DNA from: Octopus sinensis
Taxonomy: Eukaryota
NCBI RefSeq assembly: GCF_006345805.1
Contig: NC_043014.1
Location: 44,330,001-44,394,000, forward strand
DNA: 64,000 nt
Direction: 5' to 3'
In this document: positions 40,611 through 54,217 of the stretch, in pieces
Position numbering within the stretch: position 1 is the first letter of the stretch
Layout of the letters: every line of letters starts with the position of its first letter
The notes under the pieces: model-generated
The model's input: the letters and a program-made list of their open reading frames with translations, nothing else
Told to the model about the DNA's origin: nothing
Databases searched by the model: none
Position numbers and translations under genes: made by a program

Positions 40611-41207
40611 AACATTATTGGTGAATTGAAGAAATGGAGCTGAACGCAGATTGAACAGAAATCGTTTTATTTCATTCTACACGTGTTTCGAAAGGCACAA
40701 ATTACCAAAATCCGATTGAATAATGGGACCATATTGTGTCTTTCTCTTCAGGAAGAAAAAAGGAAATCCGTTGGAAAAACAAAAACAGAACAGAGGCAGA
40801 GCAAAAACAAATCGAACTGTGCTCCTAAGAGCCCTTGGCGAAACTGTTTATCAGTGTATGTTGAGAACCGGTGGCTGAAGAATTCAACAGGTCAGGCATC
40901 GGTCAAACATGTTTGACCGATGCCTGACCTGTTGAATTCTTCAGCCACCGGTTCTCAACATACACTGATAAACAGTTTCGCCAAGGGCTCTTAGGAGCAC
41001 AGTTCGATTTGTTTTTGCTCTGCCTCTGTTCTGTTTTGTTTTTCCAACGGATTTCCTTTTTTCTTCCTGAAGAGAAAGACACAATATGGTCCCATTATTC
41101 AATCGGATTTTGGTAATTTGTGCCTTTCGAAACACGTGTAGAATGAAATAAAACGATTTCTGTTCAATCTGCGTTCAGCTCCATTTCTTCAATTCACCAA
41201 TAATGTT
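40611..41207. repeat. ~600-bp near-perfect palindrome with no spacer
   Basis: Centre acatgt at 40909/40910; arms complementary apart from one A in a homopolymer; mirrored ORFs 40683+ and 40941-. Confidence 0.95.
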
Positions 41208-41580
41208 TTAATTTCAATTATCCGCACCAACGCACGGTTGCAACGCCAGATGGTTGTACCTCCAACCGTGCTGTTCACTGCTGTGATTTTTGCTACTAAG
41301 GTATCGGTTAAACTTTTGATTAATCTACTACAAGATTATTCATCTTTCTATTTCACATAATATATATATATATATATATTTTTATACTTGTTTCAGTCAT
41401 TTTGACTGCGACCATGCTGGAGCACTGTCTTTAGTCGAGCAAATCGACCCCGGGACTTATTCTTTGTAAGCCCAGTAGTTATTCTATCGGTCTCTTTTGC
41501 CGAACCGCTAAGTGACGGGGACGTAAACACACCAGCATCGGTTGTCAAGCAATGCTAGGGGGACAAACACAGACACACAA

Positions 41581-41645
<65 letters not shown>

Positions 41646-43291
41646 TACGACAGGCTTCTTTCAGTTTCCGTCTACCAAATCCACTCACAAGACACTTGCC
41701 CAAGATGCCATGCAGTGATATATATATACATGATGGGCTTCCATATATAATTTCCTTCAACAAATTCTACTCAAAAAGCATTGGTCAGCCCAGGACTACT
41801 GTAGAACATTAACAACAGATATCGTTCTTTTTCAATTTATTTAACAAATAACCCCAAATTATTAAAATGTTTCATCGTTATTGTTGTTTTATTGCTGTTG
41901 CTGCTGCTGCTTCTGCTGTTGTTGTTTTGTTTTTATTAATGTTTTTGTTGCTTCTACTGATGCTGTTACTGTTTTGCTTTTGTTATTTTTGTTATTTTTG
42001 TTCTTGTTTTTAGCCCCAGGTCAGGTCAACTCTGATCAAGCAAACCCATGATTGAAAGGTAATGCAATTGAGACCATTCCCATTTTCTTTTCAGCTGCAG
42101 TATATCTATAATCATTGTAGCCTATCTGCTTTTCTTCTCTTTTTTTTTTTAACACTAGGGTGAGATTTGAGGAACATCTGGCTGTTTTTTCTAAGAGGTC
42201 AAATAATCAGGTTGAGGCCCTGCTTTCAATTCAAGGGAGTCAATTCATACTCCAGAATAATTCAAATATCCTCAAACATTTATCAGGCCCATCAATTATA
42301 CATTGTTTCCTCATAGAAGAATTAGTAAGGTCATTAGAGTATCTGAACCAAATGTCCTGTGGTATTTGTTCCAGCTCACAGTGCAATGAGTTCAGATCTC
42401 ATTAAGGTCAACTTTGCCATTTACCCTTCTGAGGGAGGGCTGATAGATAAAATGGCCAGTCAAGGTTGCAGATCAAGAGAATTGTAAGAACATTGGATAA
42501 AGTGTCTTGCAATATTTATTCGGTCTTACCACTTGGTCCTGAAGCTCCTTTAGCAGAGTCTTCTCCGCTAGGATTACTTCCGGCCTTTATCTCACCAGTC
42601 TCAGAAATCCTGGAAAATTAAAGGGCCTAGGGCACTGCCCTTCTCTCACTGACAAAGATTTAAATTTAAGTATGTCATGAGCTCAAGAAACCATAAGGCC
42701 AGAGCTTAAGCTTCCATGGTGTATAAGAGGTTGAGATCACAACACTACCCCTGAATTGTATATTGGTCTATCACAGGGTTGACTCATTTTCAGCTGAGTG
42801 GACTAGAGAAATGTGAAATGAAGTGTTTTGCCCAAGAACACAACACTCTGCTGGTCTGGGAATTGAAACCACAACCTTACAATTGTGAGTGCAACACCTT
42901 GACCACCAGGCCGTGCGCACTGAGTAAATGGGTAAAAAATGTATAGGTTGCTACTTCAAACAAAACTTAGTCTCAAAATATTGCTGAATCAATATTGCTG
43001 AATTATATATCTTCTTAAACCATGGAGACTGAATTATTTCCTTGTTCTAATCTGTAAAATAAATTAGTGTGATACAAGTTTTGCAGATGTTCTAGTCAGG
43101 GTAAGCTGAAAGCTAAACTACAACAATAACAACTAAATATTTTACTCTTCTATAACATTGATACTGAGAACAATAGATGGCCGAGTGACAAAATGCCAGA
43201 CCACCTGTTGAGAAGCCAGCAATTCATATCTTATCAGTGGCTCTCTTTTGTGCCTATTATTCAAAATACTTAATTCTCAAATGATCCAGTA

Positions 43292-43985
43292 CATCATCAT
43301 CAACATCATCGTTTAACGTCCGTTTTCCATGCTAGCATGGGTTAGACGGTTCGACTGGCGTCTGGGAAGCCAGGAGGCTGCACCAGGCTCCATTCTGATC
43401 TGGCAGTGTTTCTACAGCTGGATGCCCTTCCTAATGCCAACCGCTCCATGAGTGTAGTGGGTGCTTTTTACGTGCCACCAGCACAGGGGCCAGAGGAGAC
43501 TGGCAGTGACCACGATTGGTTGGTGCTTTTTACATGCCACTGGCACGGAAGTCAGTCAAGGCGGCACTTGCATCAGCCATGTTTGGATGGTGCTTTTTAC
43601 GTGCCACCAGCACAGGGGCCAGAGGAGGCTGGCAATGGCCACGATTGGTTGGTGCTTTTTACATGCCACTGGCACAGAAGCCAGTCAAGGCGGCACTTGC
43701 AGCGGCCATGTTTGGATGGTGCTTTTTACGTGCCACCAGTACGGGTATCACAACTACAATTTTCATTTGATTTTCATTTTGATGTTGATGTACTTGACTC
43801 AATAGGTTTTCTTAAGCACAGCAGGTCGCCCTGTGATCCAAAGTACTTTTGAATGGGCTGGGCCTGGTTATGCGAAACTGGTGTAGGATACAGCCATGAA
43901 CTCACTTTTATTTGCTGGGTCTTCATAGTCACAGCATATCTCCAGAGGTCTCGGTCTTTCATCATTGCCTCTGTGAACAAATACT
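43292..43985 (-). mobile_element. 5'-truncated RTE copy (ORF C-terminus + 3'UTR)
   Basis: Encodes …KDRDLWRYAV…, matching …RDRDLWKYAV of the full ORF; same 3'UTR repeats and tail. Confidence 0.85.
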
Positions 43986-45112
43986 GCACTCATTTGTTTT
44001 TGTTACTGTTCTTGGTTAACATTAATATCAGCAATTATTGAGCATAACTATCATCACAAGAAATCACGTGATCATCCTGTTTTTTCATTGGTTGTTTGTT
44101 TGGGGTTTTTTTTCCTGGTCATAGTGTACCTTGGAATATATTATCTGTAGATCACGTCCTACCTTTTTTTTTAAGAAGATCAGATGTGATTTGAGAGAAA
44201 TCTGCATACTATTTCAAGCCTTTCACTTTCTACACTCAATAAACTGAGGTGCCAATGATGTTCTATGACTAAGTTAATTACCGATTAATTAACAGTGTCC
44301 AGTCCAAAATTTGTAGCCCTCTGTCCAAGCTAGAAACCAATATTTTTTTTAATTTTGTAATTCTAATTTTGGCATCACCGCTCAAGGTGAGGCAAATCCT
44401 GTTATACTCCAAGCCAATCAGCAGCATTTTGTTGTTATTGCTGTTGTTTAACCCTAGGGCAATCCTGATCAACTAGATCTATGATCAAAAACATTCTAAT
44501 CATAATGATGATCATGATCATCATTATCATCATTTAACATCCTTTCTCCATGTTGCCATGGGTTGGATGCCTTCACAGGAGCTGGCAAACTAGAGGAATG
44601 CACCAAGGTCTGCTGTTTGTTTTAGCATGGTTTCTATGACTGGATGCCTTTCCTAATGCCACCCACTTCACAGCATGCACCGGGTGCTTTTTATATCTGG
44701 GACCAGCAACAGTAAAGTCACCGAGTAACTTGCAAGGCAAGAACCCTTCAGTTGAAAGTTGGAGTGGTATTGAGGGAGGCGGCTTTGTGCCAGGTGATGA
44801 AAGGTTAAACTATGATAGAGGGACAGAAACAGGGATCTTTCTGTAGATGAGATACAATTAGAGAGAGAGAGAGAGAGAGAAAGAGAGGGGTTAAGGTGGT
44901 GGTGATGTGCCAGGGTCTGCCCTCAAGGTACAAAGAGGTGAATGTAATAATAATAATAATAATAATAAATGTCACGCACATATGGTTGTGATGCATGCAC
45001 CTAGTGTACCCTTATCAGACGGGTAGTCGTGATGGGTATACTGGGCTTCGTATATTTTACCCCAGTGTCACTTTGATGGTATGCACTGCTCTCTCACTCA
45101 ATAATAATAATG

Positions 45113-45157
<45 letters not shown>

Positions 45158-46565
45158 TAATAATAATAATTAAAAATAATAAATAATTATTCTGATTAAA
45201 AATAGAGGATTGGACAGGGAAAGTAAACAGGGAGTTCACAAGAGTGCAAACTTATAGACAGGAGCAGGAGATTTTAGGGTTACCTTGGGCTACATTATTT
45301 AATGCTTGCTCCTATTGTTCTTTGAGATAGTAGTATGTAATTTGAGGGAGATTTAGTTGACATTGTTGTTGAAATTTGTTTCTGAGATAAAACGATAAAA
45401 TAGTCTGACAAAATTATTATTATTTAAATAAACTAAAACAAGATACTAAATCTATTGTAGAAATTACATTTTTGACAATTCTGTTTAAAAAATATGTGAT
45501 TGTTAAAATTTCTTTTATTTAATTATTTTGCATCAAATCTTCCAAAAACTAGTAACCAATAGCATTACTATAATCTAGTGATAGGTAATTATGTAAGACA
45601 AAACATGCATAGGAGCCAACAACAAGCAAAATATAACCAACAATCCAACATACCTCTATCATCAGCTGCCCCACAGATATCATTATGGTTTCGACACCTG
45701 GGCAGTACCATTCAATCCAGTGGTGTCAAGAGCACTAAAATAAGTGTTGTTTGGGAACAAACAAACCAAAGAAACCACAACCGTATCAATAAATATATTC
45801 AATAAGTAAATTACAACTCCTAAATATGTAGCTAAACAGCAACAACTCTATAAGGTCATACAAAATTTATAATCCCTACTTTCTTCCATAGTATAATACA
45901 AAACTGAAAGCTTAATAACCACATTATTTCAATCAATATATAGACAGGATTAAACACTAATTTTAATAAAACTACAATAAAGAGATATATAAACCAATGT
46001 ACATTGTATTGGTATTAATAGTAAACTGCAATAATTAAATTATATGCTAAACTGTGATCAATGTATATAATATTTTTTGAATATAGTAGCCCATTCCACT
46101 CAAAGGGTCCCTGAATAAGGTTTGTTTAAGGATGATGAATGAAACACCCACATTTCCAAGGGTGAATTATTCAAACCCCAAAGAATCTTTCTCAACACAT
46201 TATGATGATGCTCCCCCACTACTCCTGCTCATGATCAGGGAGACACATATCATCGGCCATTAAGGGACATGCTTGACTGGTTAAGGTCAAGCAACTGAGA
46301 AGCATATCTACAGTATTGAGTAGAATATTTGTTGTAACCTATCTTTTACACCAAGACGAAACATGTACATGATAACACTTCCAATTAGTTAAGATCAAAA
46401 GCCATGAGAGCCACTGCCTGGTATTGCATTATCATCATCATCATCATCGTCATCATCATCATCATCATCATTATTATTATTAACATAATACTAGATGGTA
46501 AGGTTTGGGGTCTTTATCCCTGGTGTGAAACCATTAGGTTAATAATAAAATGTGTGTACACATAT

Positions 46566-46596
<31 letters not shown>

Positions 46597-46765
46597 GTAT
46601 GTGCATGTGTGTATGTGTGAGAGTGTGTGAGTGTGTGTGAGAGAGAGAGTGTGTGAGTGTGTGTGTGAGAGAGAGTGTGTGTGTGTGTGTGTGCGTGTGT
46701 GTGTGTGTGTGCGTGTGTGTGTGTGAGTGTGTGTGTGAGAGATAGAGAGAGTGTGTGTGTGTGTG

Positions 46766-46796
<31 letters not shown>

Positions 46797-46881
46797 CAAA
46801 ACAAGAGTTGGATGAAAATCCGAAATCTTCTCAGGCAAATTGAAAGACTAAAATACAGATGTATTTCATTTACATATCACA

Positions 46882-46923
<42 letters not shown>

Positions 46924-47130
46924 CACACACACGCACACACACACACACACTTACGTATATATGTATATAAATATATAACGCCCAATGCTGAAAAACAATA
47001 TTACTATAATAATAGTCAAAAATGGTTAATTTCTATTGGTTAATTGTTAAACCAAAACCATTCTTAAGTAATTATCTTTTTATTTTTTTTTTATTGTTTT
47101 GTTAATTATTGCTCTTGTTGTCTATCCCAG

Positions 47131-47664
47131 GCACAAAGACACAATTTCAGTGGACCACAATGTGGTCCAAAGCCTCATGAATCCCGTGAAGTTCGTTTCA
47201 ATCCAGAAGTTATGCGCGCCGGTGAAGGCATTATTGGACTTCAGGCTGGAACCAACAAATTTGCTACACAGAAAGGAATGGTGATTGGCGGAGTCCGCCA
47301 CGTTGCAGACATCCGCTGTGACAAGTACGATCCAGAAAGTTGCAAAGACATTAACCTGCAAAGCGGTACCAACAAGTTTGCCACACAAAAGGGAATCGTC
47401 ATTGGGGGTGTTCGCCATATCGCAGACATCCGTTGTGACGACTTCATACAGGACTCACAAGGACATGTCGGCTTGCAGAGCGGTTCAAATAAATTCGCTA
47501 CCCAAAAGGGTATGAGCTTCGGAGCAGTCCGTCACGTGAATGACATCAAGTCAGATGAAATCACTGATGAAGGCAAACGTACCATCAATCTCCAATATGG
47601 CTTTACTACTGGGGCGAACCAATCAGGAATGAGCTTTGGAAAGAATAGATCTATTCTATTATAG
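47131..47664 (+). CDS. Terminal exon B: linker + 4 calponin repeats (177 aa)
   Basis: Acceptor tctatcccag|GCA CAA AGA, in frame with ORF 47212-47664; own stop codon and 3'UTR. Confidence 0.9.
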   Translation, partial: AQRHNFSGPQCGPKPHESREVRFNPEVMRAGEGIIGLQAGTNKFATQKGMVIGGVRHVADIRCDKYDPESCKDINLQSGTNKFATQKGIVIGGVRHIADIRCDDFIQDSQGHVGLQSGSNKFATQKGMSFGAVRHVNDIKSDEITDEGKRTINLQYGFTTGANQSGMSFGKNRSILL

Positions 47665-47983
47665 ATTAGTAACGCCACACTTGCAATGAAACATTGAAAA
47701 TGTTCACATATAGCCATTGTCCTATTTTTCGCACAAGATAATTCCACATTACTGCTTAGCACCCACACTTTCAAAGCATTCTGTTCTGTTATTATATATT
47801 ACTTTGAGAGCTTGCTTTTTTTATTATTATATTTTTTCTTCTGTATTTCAATCAAGCCAGATATGTTTTAAAGAAAATGCATAAAAAGTGTACCTTCTGT
47901 GAACAAGGCTTGGAAGTTGCTAAAGCTAGCAATAATAGATAATTATTCTTATTAAAAATAATAAATAATTAAAAATAACAAAT

Positions 47984-48023
<40 letters not shown>

Positions 48024-48030
48024 GCAATAA

Positions 48031-48415
48031 ATGTCACGCACATATGGTTGTGATGCATGCACCTAGTGTACCCTTATCAGACGGGTAGTCATGATGGATA
48101 TACTGGGCTTCGTATATTTTACCCCAGTGTCACTTTGATGGCATGCACTGCTCTCTCACTCAATAATAATAATTATAATTATAATTATAATAATAATAAT
48201 AATATAATAATAATAAATAATAATAATAATAGCAATAAATGTCACGCACATATGGTTGTGATGCATGCACCTAGTGTACCCTTATCAGACGGGTAGTCAT
48301 GATGGATATACTGGGCTTCGTATATTTTACCCCAGTGTCACTTTGATGGCATGCACTGCTCTCTCACTCAATAATAATAATTATAATTATAATTATAATA
48401 ATAATAATAATAATA

Positions 48416-48452
<37 letters not shown>

Positions 48453-48479
48453 TAATAAATAATTATTCTGATTAAAAAT
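48031..48479 (+). repeat. Two tandem copies (208-bp period) of a retroposon 3' fragment with (AAT)n tails; other copies at 44969-45203 and ~13990-14180(-)
   Basis: Repeated unit tgtcacgcacatatgg…ctctctcactc(aat)n; ORFs 48057 and 48265 are offset by 208 bp. Confidence 0.8.
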
Positions 48480-50274
48480 GTTCATGTGTGGAACACCAGT
48501 AAAAAATTTTTTTTATAATTAATGTGGTAAGGGCTAACTTTACTACCCTTTCTGTTTGATACCAATTGAATTAGCAGTGAAAATATCCAAATTCTTCAAG
48601 AGTAGCAGAGGGTTTATATTGTGAACCCCATCATCATGGCAATCACAGTCAAAGCATTTTGCTAATGAGGTGCAATGCTATATATAGTGTTCCACGACCA
48701 ATTCACTTCTGAATTTTTAATATCAAGAATGGCAGATCCTGTGCATTTCACCTTGTACTTTCAGGTGAGGGAGGTGTTTTCATTTAAAGCACTACTTAAT
48801 TAGTCTTCAGGTAATAAGATATACAGGTTGCATCATCATGTTTATAACATGAACAGTCAAACAAAGAAATGGACTAAACAACCATAAGGAAATTTCATGT
48901 CAAGTTGAACAACTTGTAGAATTGGTTGCAGTGACAATATCTAATTAGTTCCAAATATTTAATCAGCTGAATTAGGTGTCCAAGCTGGCTGTGTCACCGA
49001 TGCTTCTGTTTGTAGACATGCATTGTTGAAGGGGATTGTCACAGTTACAACAGCTTCATTCTCCAGTCAGATGCATCCTTCACAAATGGATAATAAATTA
49101 GAGATATTGAATTTCTAAATGTCTCAGAGAGACATGAGCGGTGGTGGAGCGATAGAGTGGTTGTATACTGTCAACATAACGTGACAGTCCCGTAAGGGAA
49201 TTACACCACCTTTGTTTAGCCCTAGGAAGCATCGATGCTTCCTTTCGGCTTTGACACATTTCCTGTGTCCTTATATTTGCGAAGGGGAGGCAAGCACCCC
49301 CACCAGCTAGGATAATAAATTCTATTGAGTTTAGGAGATTTAGCGGAATAATTATTAGATTTATTAGAAGATTATCTACTTTAGACCTACAATCTTGCCA
49401 GAATTTCAGCTCTGTGCTACAAAGTTAATTATATTCTGTTTCATTTATCTATGCATTGTATCTATTCACATATATAGCTAGCTGCTTCAGAACCATCCAA
49501 ATTTAAAGTATGTCGGCCATAGTCACAGAAGAGTATTGGGATCAGGAAAGAACGGTTCACATTTCAGCCAGGAAGCAACTGTACACATTTCGGCCAAATC
49601 ACTTATCTATGGCCAGCTGTCTTTTATATAAGTACAGAACTTGAGTGTTTAATGCTAATGGTATTATAAAATAAAATTTAAAAAATGAAAACAGCAATTA
49701 ATTAATGCAACTAAATGTCCTAGTGGCTAACCGTTCATATAGGTGGAATTATGAAAGTATTGTTCATTGTTGACTTCTGGGATGTCACAGACATTCTATT
49801 AAGAAATCTTATTTATTATTCAATGCATAATTTAAAGCTAATAAATGATTTTTGTCTCACATAGTCTTATCTTTTGTGTATGTGTCTATCAATGCAATGT
49901 TGAGGTGTTAATTTTATGCCTGCAATATCTTATGTTGACCTTATATCTGCTTGATCAGAGTTGATTGACCCAGGGCTAAATAACAACAACAACAATAACA
50001 ACAACAAAAACGATAACAAACATGTACTATATAATTAATGATATATATTGTTAATTGACCATTAGGAGTTCCTTTATTATTTTACAAAGGTCCTTCTGCT
50101 ATTGCACCTAAATTTTGATATTTAACTGCTAGCCCCTATTGTTTGAGATATTTGGCTTCAGCCTTAATGCGTGGTATCTTGGACAAGTGTCTTCTGCTTT
50201 AGCCCCAGGTTGGCCAATGCCTTATGAGTGGATTTGGGAGACTGAAACTGAAAAAATTCCATTGTATATATATA

Positions 50275-50321
<47 letters not shown>

Positions 50322-50465
50322 ATATATATATATATATATATATATATAGATATATATATATATATGTGTGTGTGTGTGTATGTGTGTATGTATGCAGGTG
50401 TGTGTATGTGTGTTTCAATCACCAATTCTGTATTGTTAACATATCCTCCATGTTGTCTATCCCAG

Positions 50466-51233
50466 GCACAAAGACACAATTTCAATGGCCCACAATGTGG
50501 TACGAAACCTCATGAATCCCGTGAAGTTCGTTTCAATCCAGAAGTAATACGCGCTGGTGAAGGCATTATTGGACTTCAGGCTGGAACCAACAAATTTGCT
50601 ACACAGAAAGGAATGGTGATTGGCGGAGTCCGCCACGTTGCAGACATCCGCTGTGACAAGTACGATCCAGAAAGTTGCAAAGACATTAACCTGCAAAGCG
50701 GTACCAACAAATATGCTACACAGAAAGGAATGGTGATTGGCGGAGTCCGCCACATTGCAGACATCCGTTGTGACCAGTATGATCCAGAAAGTAGTAAAGA
50801 CATTAACCTGCAGGCTGGAACCAACAAATATGCATCCCAGAAAGGAATGGTGATTGGCGGAGTCCGCCACGTTGCAGACATCCGCTGTGACCAGTACGAT
50901 CCAGAAAGTTCCAAAGACATTAACCTGCAAAGCGGTACCAACAAGTTTGCCACACAAAAGGGAATCGTCATTGGGGGTGTTCGCCACATCGCAGACATCC
51001 GTTGTGACGACTTCTCACAGGACTCACAAGGACATGTCGGCTTGCAGAGCGGTTCAAATAAATTCGCTACCCAAAAGGGTATGAGCTTCGGAGCAGTCCG
51101 TCACGTGAATGACATCAAGTCAGATGAAATCAGTGATGAAGGCAAACGTACCATCAATCTCCAATATGGCTTTACTACTGGGGCGAACCAATCAGGAATG
51201 AGCTTCGGAAAGAACAGATCTATTCTATTATAG
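50466..51233 (+). CDS. Terminal exon C: linker + 6 calponin repeats (255 aa)
   Basis: Acceptor tctatcccag|GCA CAA AGA, in frame with ORF 50139-51233, whose upstream part is microsatellite read-through. Confidence 0.9.
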   Translation, partial: AQRHNFNGPQCGTKPHESREVRFNPEVIRAGEGIIGLQAGTNKFATQKGMVIGGVRHVADIRCDKYDPESCKDINLQSGTNKYATQKGMVIGGVRHIADIRCDQYDPESSKDINLQAGTNKYASQKGMVIGGVRHVADIRCDQYDPESSKDINLQSGTNKFATQKGIVIGGVRHIADIRCDDFSQDSQGHVGLQSGSNKFATQKGMSFGAVRHVNDIKSDEISDEGKRTINLQYGFTTGANQSGMSFGKNRSILL

Positions 51234-51583
51234 ATTAGTAACGCCACACTTGCAATGAAGCATTGAAAATGTTCACATATTAGCATTGTCCTATTTTTCG
51301 CATAAGATAATTCCACATTACTGCTTAGCACCCACACTTTCAAAGCATTCTGTTCTGTTATTATATATTACTTTGAGAGCTTGCTTTTTTTTATTCTTAT
51401 AAGTTTTTTTCTTTTGTATTTCAATCAAGCCAGATATGTTTTAAAGAAAATGCATAAAAAGTGTACCTTCTGTGAACGAGGCTTGGAAGTTGCTAAAGCT
51501 AGCAATAATAAATAATTATTCTGATTAAAAATAATAAATAATTAAAAATAACAAATTATAATAATAATAATAATATTAATAAT

Positions 51584-51641
<58 letters not shown>

Positions 51642-51732
51642 GTCACGCACAAGTGTCTTCTGCTTTAGCCCCAGGCTGGCCAATGCCTTATGAGTGGATT
51701 TGGGAGACTGAAACTGAAAAAATTCCATTGTA

Positions 51733-51851
<119 letters not shown>

Positions 51852-51948
51852 GTATGTGTGTATGTATGCAGGTGTGTGTATGTGTGTTTGAATCACCAAT
51901 TCTAGTATGTCTGTATTGTTAACATATCCTCCATGTTGTCTATCCCAG

Positions 51949-52599
51949 GCACAAAGACACAATTTCAATGGCCCACAATGTGGTACGAAGCCTCATGAAT
52001 CCCGTGAAGTTCGTTTCAATCCAGAAGTAATGCGCGCTGGTGAAGGCATTATTGGACTTCAGGCTGGAACCAACAAATTTGCTACACAGAAAGGAATGGT
52101 GATGGGTGGTGTCCGCCACATTGCAGACATCCGTTGTGACCAGTATGATCCAGAAAGTAGTAAAGACATTAACCTGCAGGCTGGAACCAACAAATATGCA
52201 TCCCAGAAAGGAATGGTGATTGGCGGAGTCCGCCATGTTTCAGACATCCGCTGTGACCAGTACGATCCAGAAAGTTCCAAAGACATTAACCTGCAAAGCG
52301 GTACCAACAAGTTTGCCACACAAAAGGGAATCGTCATTGGGGGTGTTCGCCATATCGCAGACATCCGTTGTGACGAATTCTCACAGGACTCACAAGGACA
52401 TGTCGGCTTGCAGAGCGGTTCAAATAAATTCGCTACCCAAAAGGGTATGAGCTTCGGAGCAGTCCGTCACGTGAATGACATCAAGTCAGATGAAATCAGT
52501 GATGAAGGCAAACGTACCATCAATCTCCAATATGGCTTTACTACTGGGGCGAACCAGTCAGGAATGAGCTTTGGAAAGAACAGATCTATTCTATTATAG
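51949..52599 (+). CDS. Terminal exon D: linker + 5 calponin repeats (216 aa)
   Basis: Acceptor tctatcccag|GCA CAA AGA, in frame with ORF 51907-52599. Confidence 0.9.
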   Translation, partial: AQRHNFNGPQCGTKPHESREVRFNPEVMRAGEGIIGLQAGTNKFATQKGMVMGGVRHIADIRCDQYDPESSKDINLQAGTNKYASQKGMVIGGVRHVSDIRCDQYDPESSKDINLQSGTNKFATQKGIVIGGVRHIADIRCDEFSQDSQGHVGLQSGSNKFATQKGMSFGAVRHVNDIKSDEISDEGKRTINLQYGFTTGANQSGMSFGKNRSILL

Positions 52600-53061
52600 A
52601 TTAGTAATGCCACACTTGCAATGAAACATTGAAAATGTTCACATATAGCCATTGTCCTATTTTTCGCACAAGATAATTCCACATTACTGCTTAGCACCTA
52701 CACTTTCAAAGCATTCTGTTCTGTTATTATATATTACTTTGAGAGCTTGCTTTTTTATTCTTTTATTTTTTTTTTCTTTTGTATTTCAATCAAGCCAGAT
52801 ATGTTTTAAATTAATTCAATGTTTTAATTATTCAATGCATAATTTAAAGCTAATAAATGATTTTTGTCTCACATAGTCTTATCTTTTGTGTGTGTATCTA
52901 TCAATGCAATGTTTTTGTGAATGAGGTGTTAATTTTATGCCTGCCATATCTTATGTTGACCTTATATCTGCTTGATCAGAGTTGATTGACCCAGGGCTAA
53001 ATAACAACAACAACAACAACAACAACAGAAACAATAACAAAAACAATAACAAATATGTGTA

Positions 53062-53470
53062 TGAGTGGCTGTGTGGTAAGTAGCTTGCTTACCAACCACA
53101 TGGTTCCGGGTTCAGTCCCACTGTGTGGCAGCACCTTGGGCAAGTGTCTTCTACTATAGCCTCGGGCCAACCAAAGCCTTGTGAGTGGATTTGGTAGACG
53201 GAAACTGAAAGAAGCCCATCGCATATATGTATATATATATATGTGTGTGTATACATTTGTGTGTCTGTGTTTGTCCTCCCAACATTGCTTGATAACCAAT
53301 GCTGGTGTGTTACGTCCCCATAACTTAGCAGTTCGGCAAAAAAGACCAATAGAATAAGTACGAGGCTTACAAAGAATAAGTCCTGGGGTTGATTTGCTCG
53401 ACTAAAGGTGGTGCTCCAGCATGGCCACAGTCAAATGACTAAAACAAATAAAAGAGTAAAAGTGTAAAAG
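53062..53470 (+). mobile_element. SINE family A copy specific to the D-E interval
   Basis: Absent from the paralogous segment 49990-50070. Confidence 0.85.
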
Positions 53471-53707
53471 AACCATTGGTAAGACGCTGCACTTAGGAGT
53501 TCCTTTATTATTTTACAAAGGTCCCACTGCTATTGTACCTAAATTTTGATAGTTAACTGCTAGCCCCTATTGTTTGAGATATTTGGCTTCAGCCTTAATG
53601 CGTGGTATCTTGGACAAGTGTCTTCTGCTTTAGCCCCAGGCTGGCCAATGCCTCGTGAGTGGATTTGGGAGACAGAAACTGAAAGAATCCCATTGTATGT
53701 ATATCTA

Positions 53708-53786
<79 letters not shown>

Positions 53787-53789
53787 TAT

Positions 53790-53856
<67 letters not shown>

Positions 53857-54147
53857 TAGATATACATGTATGTGTGCTTGTGTATGTGTGTATGTATGCA
53901 GGTGTGTGTGTGTGTGGTGTGTGTGTGTGATGGTTGTAAATAAGCATCACCATCATACAAGCAATGTTTGTTTCTGCTCATCTGTGAAAAAAGAAAAAAA
54001 ATGTCTGGACATAGGGAAATATTACCTTACTTGGAAACGGGTGAGGGTTGGTGACGGGAAAAGCATCTGGCCATAGAAAATCTGCCTCAACAAATTCTGT
54101 CTGATCCATGCATGGAAAACTGGATGTTAAAAGGATGATGATGGTGG

Positions 54148-54179
<32 letters not shown>

Positions 54180-54183
54180 CTGA

Positions 54184-54217
<34 letters not shown>

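Noticed and set aside
40683-41135. Pair of similar ORFs on opposite strands
   Set aside because: Mirror products of the palindrome, with no recognisable protein motif.
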